Shown piece after piece: positions 1 through 12,087 of a DNA stretch of 64,000 nucleotides. The translations under genes and the position numbers were made by a program. Positions within the stretch are counted from its first letter, which is position 1, and the number at the start of each line of letters is the position of its first letter. This DNA is from Mobula hypostoma. Taxonomy: Eukaryota. The notes under the pieces are model-generated. The model did no database searches. It was not told the DNA's origin and worked only from the letters and a program-made list of their open reading frames with translations. Location: contig NC_086117.1 of assembly GCF_963921235.1 (NCBI RefSeq), positions 24,428,001 to 24,492,000 of the forward strand, in the 5' to 3' direction.

Positions 1-300
1 CTCCCCAGACATTGAGCACATCTACATGGAGTGCAGTTTCAGAAAAGCAGCACCCATGATTCGGGATCCCCACCACCCAAGTCACAGCTGCCATTGGGAA
101 GAAGCTACAGGAGCCTCAGGACTCACATCACCAGGATTAGGAACAGTGATTACTCCTGGACCAAATGGGATTACTTCACCCAACTTCACTTGCCCCCATC
201 ACTGAACTCTTCCCACAACCCATGAACTTACTTTCAAGCAACACACATCAAAGTTGCTGGTGAATGCAGCGGGCCAAGCAGCATCTATAGGAAGAGGCGC

Positions 301-336
301 AGTCGACGTTTCAGGCCGAGACGCTTCGTCAGGACT
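301..336 (-). ncRNA. Minimal hammerhead motif, inverted copy with weakened stem II
   Basis: Reverse complement reads AGTC-CTGACGA-AGCGTCTCGGCCT-GAAACGTC-GACT. Confidence 0.6.
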
Positions 337-378
337 AACTGAAGGAAGAGATAGTAAAGAAGAGATTTTCCTTCAGTT

Positions 379-414
379 AGTCCTGACGAAGGGTCTCGGC
401 CTGAAACGTCGACT
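379..414 (+). ncRNA. Minimal type-I hammerhead ribozyme motif (PLE type)
   Basis: AGTC-CTGACGA-AGG(gtctcgg)CCT-GAAA-CG-TC-GACT: both core boxes intact, stem I AGTC/GACT, stem II AGG/CCT, palindromic ACGT stem III, GUC cleavage triplet. Confidence 0.75.
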
Positions 415-2715
415 GCGCCTCTTCCTATAGATGCTGCTTGGCCTGCTGCGTTCACCAGCAACTTTGATGTGTGTTGCTTGAATTTCCAGCATCTGCAGAA
501 TTCCTGTTGTTTGAACTTACTTTCAAGGCCTCTTTATCTTATGCTTTTGATATTTATTGCTTATTTACTATTATTAGTTTTTTTTCTTCTGTAGTTGCAC
601 AATTTGTTGTCTTTTGCACACTGATTGTCTGTGGGTGAGTTCTTTCATTGATTCTATAATGGTTATTGGATTTATTGAGTACCCCCACAAGAAAACGATT
701 TTCAGGGTTGTACTGTACGGTATATGGCGATATATATGCACTTTGATAATAAATTTCCTTTGAACTTGGAGATGACCACACTTGGCCTGTTGAAGTTTGG
801 TTGTAATTGAAGCTGTTAGTCATGTCTTCATGAACTTGAACTTGAAGTATCAAAGTATGGTTATGTGAGACTGAAATTAAGCATTTCATGCGAGAGGTTC
901 TCAGGAGTGATTGGGATTGTTTATTGGCATTCTCCTCAATAAAAGTTATATATTGCTGGTTTAGGTAGCTGCCAATGGTGCACCAATTAAATACAAGGGT
1001 GAGCAAAAGTCCACAGTCCAAGAAGAACCATTGTCTAAGAGATTTATAGAGCAGGGGAACGTGACAGTGATAAGGAGAGGTTAGACTGTGGAGTGACATG
1101 AAAAGAAGCATAAAGGATATTTCAGAACTTGGCCAGTCTCAGAGCATTTTACAGTCATTGAAGTAACTAATGTAATGTAATGTAATCGTATAATGTAAGA
1201 AACATGGCTGCCTACTTGTACGCTTGGGTATTACAAACATTACTATGATAATGACTGAACGATCTGCTTTGTTAATGTATAGACAGGAAAAGTCCTTGCA
1301 TCTTCATGATACACTGGCCTTAAGATATTTTACCTTAGGGACAGGTTGGGTCTTAGATTCAGACTTCACCACACACTGGCACCGGAGTCCCAGCTTGGAT
1401 TATGTGCTGAAGTGTCTCGTGAAGTACTTAACACACAACCTCCATCAACTGAGGCAGAAGAACAGCAAACAATGAACTGCAGTGTCCTTCATCTGTGAGG
1501 GGAGGTTGGCCAAGGTTGCTCAGGTTTGGACATCTCCGCTTCCCACTCAGTAGGAAACTGGTTTGCCATTACTCCTGAAGAAGACCACACTGGCGTGGAA
1601 ATATGACGCACAGAACAGTCTGGGGGATGCAGTTCCTTTTCTCACAAACACGGAGGAAATGCCACATCTGCTTCTCTTTCGCAATCTATGTGAGCTTGTC
1701 ATAAAGTAATTGCAGCGGCAGTTTTGGGGAGGAGCGTGCAGGTCAGTCCTGACTGAGCATCCGCTCTGCAACGGTCTCCTTACAAGTTCCGGAAGGGAGC
1801 CAGTGCTGTGATCTTGAAGGAGAGGAGGGTCAAGAGGCAGAGGGGAATCTGACCTTAATTACTGCCCATCTCTCCTGTCTGAAGTGCATCTTTGAAAGTA
1901 ATCAGCATCTCATCTTGGACAAAGGGCTTTAATGTGGTGCCATAACTCGAGGCAATCTCAAGATAAATTCCCACACGTCTGCAGGAAGAATTATCCCAAA
2001 TCTCCCACTAATTGGCAAACTTCAATCTGAGAGGCAGAGGAAATGAGAAGGCTTATAGTGTGCTTTATAGGATGCTTTTCAGAAGCAGAATAGACTGCTT
2101 TATTAGAGATGAAAGGGCCAGGCAGGGGAAATCAACCCAACTTCTCTCTCACACACATACAAAATACGTGTGTATGTGTGTGTGTCTCCATGCACATGTA
2201 TAATTTAACTCATACAGTATCTATTTGGCAGTAATCTATCGAGAGAGCAGAGTTCATTCTTTGCATATCTATTTGCATATAAATTGTAACATCCAGGGAG
2301 AAGTATACATATTGTACTGTAGAGTACTTTATACTCTCGGAAATACATCCCGTTGGTATCAACTATAAGGAGTGGATGATGATGCCAACACTGAGGTCTC
2401 AAAATAGCAGCCATCTCAATCCCCAGCATTATTGGTTCCTCGTTACACAGTGCACTCTGCAAAAACAGTAAAAAGTTTCTCTCAAGTCCCAATAAACACC
2501 GCAGACAATGAAGTACTTTTACTGGAAACACAGCAACCAATTTCCTTGTGCGAACTCCCACAGACACCAAGGTAATAAACAGTCAGGAATACACTGCCGG
2601 GGCAGTGGTAGAGGCAGATGTATTAGGAAGATTTAATGCACTCTCAGATAGACAGATGGATGAGAGGAAAATGGAGGGCTATGTCAGAGGGAAAGGACAG
2701 GTTAGATTGATCTTG

Positions 2716-2910
2716 TTGTTGCCCCTTTCTGAGCCTCCTGGCACATCGGGCGGCAGCCTTGCCATTGTTTAGCATTTGCCTGTTTTTTTATGAGGCCGAG
2801 TTGCCAGCTCGATGCTAAAATGGATGGAAAGCGTTCAAGGAGCCGACCGGATTCGAACCCAGGACGACTCACCTCGTAGTCCGGTGCGGATGCCACTACA
2901 CCACTGGCCA
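2716..2910 (-). mobile_element. tRNA-derived SINE with (CAA)n tail and 12-bp TSD, inserted in a CR1 3' end
   Basis: A box TGGTGTAGTGG and B box GGTTCGAATCC on the minus strand. Tail gcaacaacaa. TSD agattgatcttg at 2704-2715 and 2911-2922. Confidence 0.85.
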
Positions 2911-2989
2911 AGATTGATCTTGGAGTATAAGATGTCTGCACAACATTGTGGGCCGAAGGCTGCATACAGTGCTATGCTCTATGATATAA

Positions 2990-3765
2990 ATGGGATAAAA
3001 TTCAAAAATCTGAGCTGCAAAGGGACTTGGGAGTACTCATGCAGAGTTCCCTAAAGGTTAACTTGCAGGCTGAATTGGTGGTGGAGAAGGCAAATGAAAC
3101 TTTAGCATTCGTTTCAAGAGGATTAGACTATAAAAGCAAGGATTTAGTGTTATAAAGCACTGGTGAGGCCTCACTTGGAGTGAGCAGTTTCAGGCTGCTT
3201 ATCTAAGAGATGATGTGCTGATATTGCAGAGGGTTCAAAGGAGGTTCACAAGAGAGATTCTGGGAATGAAAGGTTTATCATATGAGGAGCGTTTGATGGC
3301 TCTGGGCCTGTACTCAGTGGAATTTAGAAGAATGCAGGGGGGGTGGAATCTCATTGAAATCTATCAGATGTTGAAAGGCCTAGATAGAGGTGGAGAGGAT
3401 GTTTCCTATAGTGGGGGAGTCTAGGACCAGAGGGCACAGATAGAGTGGATGTGGAGAGGATGTTTCCTATAGTGGGGGAGTCTAGGACCAGAGGGCACAA
3501 CGTCCATTTAGAATGGAGATCCGGAAGATTTCCTTCAGCCAGAGGGAGGCAAATCTGTGGAATTTGTTGCCACAGACGGCTGTGGAGGCTAGATCATTGG
3601 GTATATTTAAGGCAGAAATTCTTGATAAATGAGGATATGAAAGGTTATGGGGAAAAGGTAGGGGAATGGGGTTGGGAGGGAAATGGATCAGCCATGATAG
3701 AATGACTGAGCAGACCTGACGGGCCAAATGGCCTAATTCTGCTTCTGTTCCTTATGGTCTTATTT
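2990..3765 (+). mobile_element. CR1 LINE 3' fragment, degenerate, with an internal ~60-bp tandem duplication
   Basis: RVQRRFTR...GLSYEERL..LGLYS.E.RR motif and CR1 3' UTR. The segment gtggagaggatgtttcc...agggcaca occurs twice (~3389 and ~3451). Confidence 0.85.
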
Positions 3766-4085
3766 CTTCTCTGTTGTGGAAGGATAAATTTTGGCCAGGA
3801 CATTGAGCAATGGCTTATAGCTCCTTTTAAAAGCACCATAATGAGATTGATTACAGCTACCTGGCAGTTTGATATCTCATCCAAAGATCTGCAAAGCCTG
3901 AATTACGGTACTGCTGCAGGACTGACATCAGATCATCACCAAGCCTAGGTTATATGGCTATGATCTCTGGAATGGGACACAAACCAAAAATCATCTGACT
4001 CAGGGCTACCCACCGACATTTAAGCTGGCAAGAGAATTATAATGAAGACATCCCTTGAGGCCAGGTGGGCCAAGGCTTTGATTAC

Positions 4086-4390
4086 CTGCAGCACAGGGCT
4101 GTTGTCAAAACTGTAAGCGCTGGGTCTCCCTTCCAAGGTGGAGAAGGCCACATTCCCTCCAGTCAGAGGGGAGATGTCGCTGAACTCCTCAGTGCAGAAT
4201 GGTACTCGCTCTTCATCCCCTGGATGGAGAAAGACCCCGGTAGAGGTGCCGTACGTTTGACGGCACGAAGCACTGTAAAACTGGTAGGGAGTCCAGGGGG
4301 CGTCCTCCCTCGTCCTCTTGTAAATGGCAAAACTCTCCGGCCTGCTGGTGTGAAACTTCAGTCGGATGTAGGTGATCTCAAACGACTTTC
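4086..4390 (-). CDS. LAMC3: Laminin gamma chain (probably gamma-3), coding exon 2: LN domain
   Basis: Acceptor ttgttgttactttAG|GA completes the Gly codon left open by exon 1. Translates GKSFEITYIRLKFHTSRPESFAIYKRTRED..W.PYQFYSASC...FCTEEFSDISPLTGGNVAFSTLEGRPSAYSFDNSPVLQ. Phase-0 donor CAG|GTAAT; exon is 305 bp. YQFYSASC and LHPG.EER are gamma-3-like. Confidence 0.93.
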
Positions 4391-5029
4391 CTAAAGTAAC
4401 AACAAATAAAACAAACTTGTAGCTTTGCTTAGAGACATTTGTAAACTGCTCAGAAATGTCGGTGACACAGCACCAACGTGTTGCCAATCCTTGCTTATGT
4501 CAGGCAATGCACCACCAAGACACTCCAACTGGTTTTGTGTTGATGTGTCATAGTTCAGGGACAGTTATTACCTTTCAACCATCAGGCTCCTGAATCAGCG
4601 TGGCTAACTTCACTCAGCTCACTACAACCCATGAACTCACCTTCAAGGACTCTATAACTCTTATTCTCAATATTATTTATTATTAATATTATTTGGGGGG
4701 TTTTTTGCACAATTTATCTTCTTTTGTACAATGATTGTGTGCCAATCCTTGTGTGTAGATTTTTATTGATTCTATTGTGATTCTTTGTATCTACTGTTAA
4801 TTCCCACAAGTAAATAGATATGGTGACATATATATACTTTCACAATAAATTTATTTTGAACTTTTAGCTTTGAAAGCAGACTCAGAAAGATTTAAAATGA
4901 TGAATATTTAAATACTTATCCTCATGTCAAATGCTTCCATGGCCTTCCTTGTTTCTACCTTCTGTACAGGTTATCAGTTCCTGCGAACTGTTCATTATCG
5001 TAAAAGTTTGTAAGTCAGGAGTGTTCATA

Positions 5030-5195
5030 TAATATATAACAATTACAGCACGGAAACAGGCCATCTCGGCCCTTCTAGTCCATGCCGAACTCTTACTCTC
5101 ACCTGGTCCCACCGACCTGCACTCAGCCCATAACCCTCCATTCCTTTTCTGTCCATATAGCTATCCAATTTAACTTTAAATGACAACATCGAAGC
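5030..5195 (-). mobile_element. CR1 3' terminus
   Basis: FK.KLDSYMD.KGMEGYG end of ORF2 plus 3' UTR. Confidence 0.7.
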
Positions 5196-5296
5196 CATGT
5201 GTAGACATGTAAGAATGGGAATGGGAAGTTGAATTGAAATGGTAGCCATCAGGAAACCCCGCCAAAGAGCTGCAGCCCTGTAGCCATTGACATTGG

Positions 5297-5862
5297 GCAC
5301 TGGTGAGACCTCATTTGGAATACTGTGTGCAGTTTTGGGCCCCCTATCTTAGAAGGGATGTTCAAATGTTGGAGAGAGCTCAGAGAAGATTTACAAGGAT
5401 GATTCCTGGAATGCAGGGGCTAACATATGAGGAGTGCTTGTTGGCTCTTGGACTGTATTCATTCGAGTGTAGAAGAATGAGAGGGGATCTCATAGAAACA
5501 TTTCGAATCTTGAAAGGGTTGGACAGAGTAGATGTGGAAAGGCTGTTTCCCTTGGTGGGTGAGTCCAGGACAAGAGGCCACAGTCTTGGAATTAGAGGGT
5601 ATCCATTTAAAACAGATGAGGAGAAATTTTTTTAGCCAGAGGATCGTGGAGTTATGGAATTTGTTGCCACATACAGCTGTGGAGGCCCGATCATTGAGGG
5701 TGTTTAAGGAGGAGATTGATAGGTATCTAATTAGTCAGGGTATCAGGGGATATGGGGAAAAAACCGGAAATTGGAACTAGATGGGAGAATAGTGCAGCTC
5801 ATGGTAGACTGGCGGAGCAGACTCGATGGGCCGAATGGCCTACTTCTGCTCCTTTGTCTTGT
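5297..5862 (+). mobile_element. CR1 LINE 3' fragment
   Basis: RPHLEYCVQFWAP...RRMRGDLIETF...RTRGH...FFSQR. Confidence 0.9.
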
Positions 5863-6177
5863 GTGACAAATCCGTACCACTGTTGCCTTAGATGCTCATT
5901 TGTATGTCTGGCATTCGTAACCTGGGGACGGCCTGTAACCAACTGCAGCCCAACAAATGACCCAGGTATTTGTGCACCTCAAGTTCAGCCACTTGGGCAT
6001 CATCAATTTTCAATGCTCATCTCTGACAGTCACGTCTTCAGAATGAAAGTGCCCTTAGCTTTACAGTTACTACAAAATCTTTGACAGAACTATGAACTCC
6101 TTATGTGGGCTGGAGTCATTTTTCACTTGAACAATTTTAGGTGAAGAGTCTGCTGTGTTAGGGAGGCTGTATAAATA

Positions 6178-6490
6178 CAAGCAACGTATGCAAAATGCTG
6201 GAGGAACTCAGCAGGCCAGGCAGCATCTATGGAAAAGAGTACAGTTGACATTTCAGGCCGAGACCCTTTAATGAGAGTCAGGGTTAGAAGGTGGGGGGAG
6301 GGGAGGAAGAAACACAAGGTGAGACTGAGGGGGGGTGTGGGTGAAGTAAAGAGCTGGGAAGTTGATTGGCTGGAGAAGGGGGAATCTGACAGGAGAGGAC
6401 AGAAGGCCATGGAAGAAAGAAAAGGGAGAGGAGCACCAGTGGGAGGTGATGGGCAGGTAAGGAGATAAGGTGAGAGAGGGAAAAGGGAAA
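6178..6490 (-). mobile_element. Penelope-like 3' UTR/pLTR fragment, hammerhead core decayed
   Basis: gatgctgcctggcctgctgagttcctccagc signature and a pyrimidine-rich UTR. The CTGATGA box is replaced by ctcatta. Confidence 0.75.
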
Positions 6491-8490
6491 ATAACACATC
6501 TTATTGCGGGGGAGAGAAGAGATTCAGGTGCTGGAGTCAGGAGCAAAAGACAAACTGCTGGAAGAAGTCAGGGATCAAACAGCATCTCTGTAGTCAAAAG
6601 GATGGTCAACATTTCAAGTCGAGTCTCTATATTGCGCTGAGAATGTAGAGGGAAAGAGCCAGGAGATAGAAGATGGGCAATGGGTGGAACCACTCGGACA
6701 CTGGTCATCTCCCCTCCCCACTCTCCGTCCTGATGCTGACTCCGAACCTGAAATAGAGAACATCCCTTGGCCTGCTGAGTTCACCCAGGAGCTTTCCACC
6801 ACATGTTGCTGCTGATTTACTTAAATCTGCTTCTCACAGAACTCTGTTCCAACTTGGGCCATCCTGATCCAAGCAGCAGGCTCTTTAGAAGGGAACTGGG
6901 AGATCAGGCCATCGTTTCTGCTCTACCCCCACTCAAAAACATTTGCTTGTCTCACGACAGAACTGCTGTTGGTGGGATTTTCCCATCCATAAATCAGTTC
7001 CTCACGAGAATTGCTTCATTGGTAACACCTCTGGGATACACAGCCAAAGTACAAGCCTGTCTCTTCCTGTGGTTTCCAGATAGACGCCCAGAGGGAGAGA
7101 GGACCCTCTCCACTTTACAGGCTTTCTAGGCCACTGGTCACCACTGACTCCGTCTTACATCAAGTCATAATGACATATAATACAGAATGAGAGCCTTGGC
7201 CCACTCAGAAGAAAAGAACACGACCACCGGGAGAACATGCGAACTCTGCACAAATTAGAACCAGAGGTCAGGAGTGGACGCAGGTCACTGGGATAGCAAG
7301 GCTCGACTGGCTGTGCCACCGTACACACGGCAGTGATTAATGTACAACGTATCCCTGGTACCCATCAAAAGCTTGGGTACAAACGACCCAACATAAGGCA
7401 GCAACATCATTTTATTTCATTCTTGGTAATGAGCTTTCCATCAACGTGCAATGCCTCATTCCACCAACTCAAAAGCATTAACCCACGAGCCTTGAGGCTT
7501 AAAGAAATAACTCAGTTGCCTCATCAATAATCTTTTTTTGCTGTTAATTGTAAATAAGTAATAAGCAATATTCCCCAAAAACATGCAGAGCAGCAATCAA
7601 CGAGAACAACACTCAACACTCAAGATGAACAGATTGTCAATAAACCACTGGCCAGACAGTCAGAGGGTCACCATCTGAATAGGAGACACTGCCAGACATC
7701 AACAGACATCTTTCAAAAGGCGTGAGTGCAAGTTTTATTTACTTTGTGCTGAAGATCTCAAAAGGCACAATCCCAGACAGAATTCTTTAAATGTTTCCGG
7801 CACACAGTCAGTGTTACCAAACCTCCGGCACAGTTTGTCTGTTTATTTGTAAATGCAAAATGTTACCAAGTGTTGGTGGGACTTGCTACTGTGTTCAGTC
7901 AAATGGAACATCGTGGAGTCACAAAATCATTTGCTGATTACAACATGTAAGGAGGCCATTTGGCCCATCAGATCAGTGTTGATTCCCTACTAGATTAGTC
8001 CCCTAGTTGCACCCACTGGTCTTTTCTCCATAGTCTTATAGTTCTTTCCAATTCCTTCTTGAATGGCACGGTCAAAGCTGCCACCACTACATCTGCAGAA
8101 GGTGTATTCCAGATCCAATTCACATCTTCTGTAAAATTGTTTCCCCTCATATCACTGTCCAACCCGTTCATCATTTCATAAAATTCCATCAAATCTACCC
8201 CAGTCTTCTCTACTCCAAAGAAAACAGTCACAGTCTCTAATTCAAGATTCAAGATTGTTTAATGTCTTTTCCAGTACACAAGTGTAAAGGAGAATGAAAT
8301 AATTGTTACTCCAGATCCAATGCAGCACAGAAAGGAACACAGTAAGATTCAGAACACAATAATATATTTTTTAAAAAACACAGTAAATTTCTATAAACGA
8401 GAGAAAATCTGCAGATGCTGGAAATCCAAGTAACGCACACAAAATGCTGGAGGAACTCAGCAGGCCAGGCAGCATCTATGAAAAAGGGTA

Positions 8491-8528
8491 CAGTCAATGT
8501 TTCGGGCCGAAACCCTTCATCAGGACTG
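8491..8528 (-). ncRNA. Minimal hammerhead motif, AUU triplet
   Basis: CAGTC-CTGATGA-AGGGTTTCGGCCC-GAAA-CA-TT-GACTG, 5-bp stem I. Confidence 0.55.
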
Positions 8529-9275
8529 GGAAAAGAAAATGAGGAGTCGGAGTAAGGTGGTGGGGGGAGGGGCGGAAGAGCGACAAGGTGATGGTGAAAT
8601 CGGGAGGGGGGTGGAGTAGAGAGCTGGGAAGTTGATTGGTGAAAGAGATACAGGGCTGGAGAAGGGGGAATCTGTTAGGAGAGGACGGAAGGCCATGGAA
8701 GAAAGAAAAGGGGGAGGAGCACCAAAGTGAAATAATGGGCAGGTAAGGAGATAATTTGAGAGAGGGAAGTGGGAATGGGGAATGGTGAAGGGGGGGCATT
8801 ACTGGAAGTTCAAGAAATCGATGTTCATGCCATCAGGTTGGAGGCTACCCAGACAGAATATAAGGTGTTGCTCCTCCAACTGAGTGTGGCCTCGTGGCCA
8901 CAGTGGAGGAGGCCATGGATGGACGTGTCAGAATGAGAGTGGGAAGTCAAAATAAAATAGGAAATAGGTGGCCACTGGGAGACCCCACTTCTTCTGGTGG
9001 ACAGAGCACAGATGCTCAGGGAAGCCGTCTCCCAATCTGCGTTGAGTATCCCTGATATACAGGAGGCCACACTGGGAGCACCGGATAGAGTAGATGACCC
9101 CAACAGACTCACAGGTGAAGTGTCACCTCACCTGGAAGGACTGTTTGGGTTCTGAATGGGAGCGAGACTCTTTACTTCACCCCCCCCAAACTCTCCCCCT
9201 CCCGGTTTCACCTATCACACTGAGTTCTTCCTCCCTTCCCCCCCACTTTTCACTCTGACTCCTCATCTCCTTCTC

Positions 9276-9313
9276 CAGTCCTGATGAAGGGCCTCGGCCT
9301 GAAACGTCGACTG
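9276..9313 (+). ncRNA. Minimal type-I hammerhead motif, best-preserved copy
   Basis: CAGTC-CTGATGA-AGGGCCTCGGCCT-GAAA-CG-TC-GACTG: canonical CUGAUGA and GAAA boxes, 5-bp stem I, GUC site. Confidence 0.78.
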
Positions 9314-10736
9314 TGCTCTTTTTCATGGATGCTGCCTAGCCTGCTGAGTTCCTCCAGCATTTTGTGTGTGTTGCATAAATATACATAAGATAGCTTATAT
9401 ACATAGATTGATTTATGTCCATAAAGTGACACTAGGCACAGGGGAGTCTATACTTAAGGTGACTGACAGGCAATGATAAAGTTGAGGGCGTGGAGGGGTG
9501 GGTTAGTGGGTGGAGGTGTTGATCAGCCTTACTGCTTAGGGAAAGTAACTGTTTTTGAGTCTGGTGGTCCTGGCGTGGATGCTACATAGCCTCCTCCCTG
9601 ATGGGAGTGGGACAGTCAGTCCACGAGCAGTGTAGGTGGGATCCTTCATGATGTTATTGGCCCTTTTTCCGCCATCTTATGATACTTAAAGTCACTTTAA
9701 GTACAGAGTCTCCTAACAAAAGATATCACTAGACATTTCTCTGTATCAGCCTCTATCCACCACGGATCTACCTGTTCAATCGACCAGGATATAGACTGCC
9801 ACAATCTATCATTACCCGTAACAGTTTATAATACTCATCTACAAACTGAGAAATTGAGTCTTACAACCGTAAGTCATGGTCATTAACAAAGATTAATAAA
9901 ATCTAGCAAATCCCCGGGGAATGCCACTGTTCATCTCCCTCCACTCCAAAATACAACCGTTCATCACAACCTTTTCTTGCCTGTTACTTAGCAAATTGTT
10001 CATTGCTTCCCCAAGTCTAGATTGATCAGCAAACATTACATACATTATATCAACATCCCATTTGTGCTTCGTGCTTCAGCTTTGCTCTAAGCCTGGAACA
10101 TGGCACCTTATCAACAACTGCATTACCCTCGTTAGTTCCGTCTGTTATCTCATCAAACAATTCCACCAAATTAATTAAATACCTTTTGTCCTTTACAAAT
10201 TCAAGCTATCTGGTCTTAATTAGAATCATTTTTCTACAAAATTGCTGACAGAAACTTCCATCCTTTCTCAGCCATCTCCTCCTTCACTATTACTTTTTCC
10301 CTGGTGAAGAATGATGCGAGGAATATATTTAGATCCCTCAGCATCTATGTCAAGTTCTCAATTTTATCCTTAATAAGCCCACTCCTCTATTTGCTACTAT
10401 TATTTATATGTCCATGGAAGACATTTGGATTCCCATTTACAGTAACAGGTAATCTTTTTGCACCCCCCCCCCCCAAGTCTCCAATGTTAAATGTAAACTC
10501 CACTGTTACTCACTTGTATTTACAACCTGACACTTGCTGTATACAACATTTCTTCTGCTTTTCTTTTATTATTCAGGGAGCTCGGGATTTGATTGTTCTT
10601 TCTTTGTTCCCCATGGGAATGGGTGTCAACCGTACCCAAGCCATCTCCTGTTTTACTGTTAAAGCCTGTCAACTTTTCATTGTTGAACTGTGACAGATCC
10701 ACCCTGCTGGCACTAACAGATGATGGGGGCCTAGAT

Positions 10737-12087
10737 AACATAGAAACATAGAAAATCTACAGCACAATACAGGCCCTTCGGCCCACAAAGCTGTTCCAAA
10801 CATGTCCCTACCTTAGAACTACCTAGGCTTTACCCATAGCCCTCTATTTTTCTAAGCTCCATGTAGCCATCCAGGAGTCTCTTAAAAGACCCTATCGTTT
10901 CCGCCTCCACCATCGTCGCCAGCAGTCATTCCACACACTTACCACTCTCTGTGTAAAAAACTTACCCCGACATCTCCTCTGTACCTACTTCCAAGCACCT
11001 GAAAACTGTGTCCTCTCGTGCTAGCCATTTCAGCCCTGGGGAAATGCCTCTGACTATCCACACAATCAATGCCTCTCATTATCTTATATACCTCTATCAG
11101 GTCACCTCTTATCCTCCATCGGAGAAAAGGCCAAGTTCACTCAACCTATTCTCATAAGGCATGCTCCCCAATCCAGGCAACATCCTTGTAAATCTCCTCT
11201 GCACCCTGTCTATGGTTTCCATGTCCTTCCTGTAGTGAGGCGACAAGAATTGAGCACAGTACTCCAAGTGGGGTCTGACCAGGGTCCTATATAGCTGCAA
11301 CATTACTTCTCTGCTCTTAAACTCAGTCCCACAATTGATAGCAACACACATAAAAATTGCTGGTGAACGCAGCAGGCCAGGCAGCATCTATTGGAAGAGG
11401 TACAGTCGATGTTTCGGGCTGAGACCCTTCGTCAGGTGTGTTGCTTGAAATTCCAGCATCTGCAGATTTCCTTGTGTACCACGATTGATGAAGGCCAATG
11501 CACCGTATGCCTTCTTAACCACAGAGTCAACCTGCGTAGCTGCTTTGAGTGTCCCATGGACTCGAACCCCAAGATCCCTCTAATATTCCACACTGCCAAG
11601 AGTCTTACCATTAATGCTATATTCTGCCATCATATTTGACCTACAAAAATGTACCACCTCATAATTATCTGGGTTGAATGCCATCTGCCACTTCTCAGCC
11701 CAGTTCTGCATCCTATCAATGTCCCATTGTAACCTCTGACAGCCCTCCACACTATCCACAACACCCCTAACCTTTGTGTCATCAGCAAATTTACTAACCC
11801 ATCCCTCCACTTCCTCATCCAGGTCATTTATAAAAATCACAAAGAGTAGGGGTCCCAGAACAGATCCCTGAGGCACACCACTGGTCACCAACCTCCATGC
11901 AGAATATGACCCATCTACAACCACCCTTTGCTTTCTGCGGGCAAGCCAGATCTGGATCCACAAAGCAATGTCCCCTTGGATCCCATGCCTCCTTACTTTC
12001 TCAATAAGCCTTGCATGGGGTACCTTATCAAATGCCTTGCTAAAATTCATATACACTACAATGCCTTCTTGCTAAAATCCATATACA
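10737..12087 (-). mobile_element. CR1 LINE, 5'-truncated (RT domain to 3' tail)
   Basis: [38 protein letters not shown] motifs; (ctatgttt)n tail at ~10737-10755. Confidence 0.92.
11340..11478. mobile_element. Short PLE inversion insertion inside CR1
   Basis: Inverted pLTR piece joined to the pLTR 3' end. TSD ccacaattgat (11329-11339) and ccacgattgat (11479-11489), one mismatch. Confidence 0.8.

Larger units (their letters stand above)
239..511. mobile_element. Penelope-like pLTR fold-back insertion, 16-bp TSD
   Basis: Inverted arms ~233-347 and 368-482 with a 20-nt loop. TSD tgaacttactttcaag at 223-238 and 512-527. The sequence matches the 3' end of the RT/GIY-YIG element at 48.7-50.9 kb. 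Confidence 0.85.
1..770 (+). mobile_element. Rex1/Babar-like LINE 3' end, interrupted by a PLE hairpin
   Basis: Degenerate 'LPSGRRYRSLR..T.R.RNS' C-terminal region, then a T-rich 3' UTR ending aataaa...tttgaactt as in other copies in the window. Confidence 0.6.
8397..9375. mobile_element. Penelope-like element: minus-strand GIY-YIG region and UTR (~8397-9165) plus an inverted partial pLTR (~9166-9375), inserted in a Rex-type LINE tail
   Basis: The minus strand is homologous to the GIY-YIG region at 50230-50556. The terminal ~200 bp are inverted copies of each other. The host element continues on both sides (~8240-8396 and 9376-9670). Confidence 0.8.

Noticed and set aside
233-482. Hairpins as pre-miRNAs, terminators or DNA-transposon MITEs
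   Set aside because: The arms are PLE terminal sequence, arm and loop lengths differ between copies, the termini are asymmetric, and the TSDs are long and variable, all of which fits retrotransposition with inversion.
554-1111. 185-aa ORF and the other short ORFs in unique-looking DNA (e.g. 28848-29069, 40322-40600)
   Set aside because: No recognisable domain or convincing splice context, and many overlap repeats.
2830-2910. Possible tRNA gene
   Set aside because: A and B boxes are present, but the sequence runs into a non-tRNA body and a simple-repeat tail and is flanked by a TSD, so it is a SINE.
4020-4487. 155-aa ORF as a stand-alone gene, or as a netrin
   Set aside because: Only 4086-4390 is laminin-like and it is bounded by AG/GT. 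ITYIRLKFHTSRPESFAIYKR is the laminin gamma form, not the netrin form (YVSLQFCSPRPESMAIYKS).
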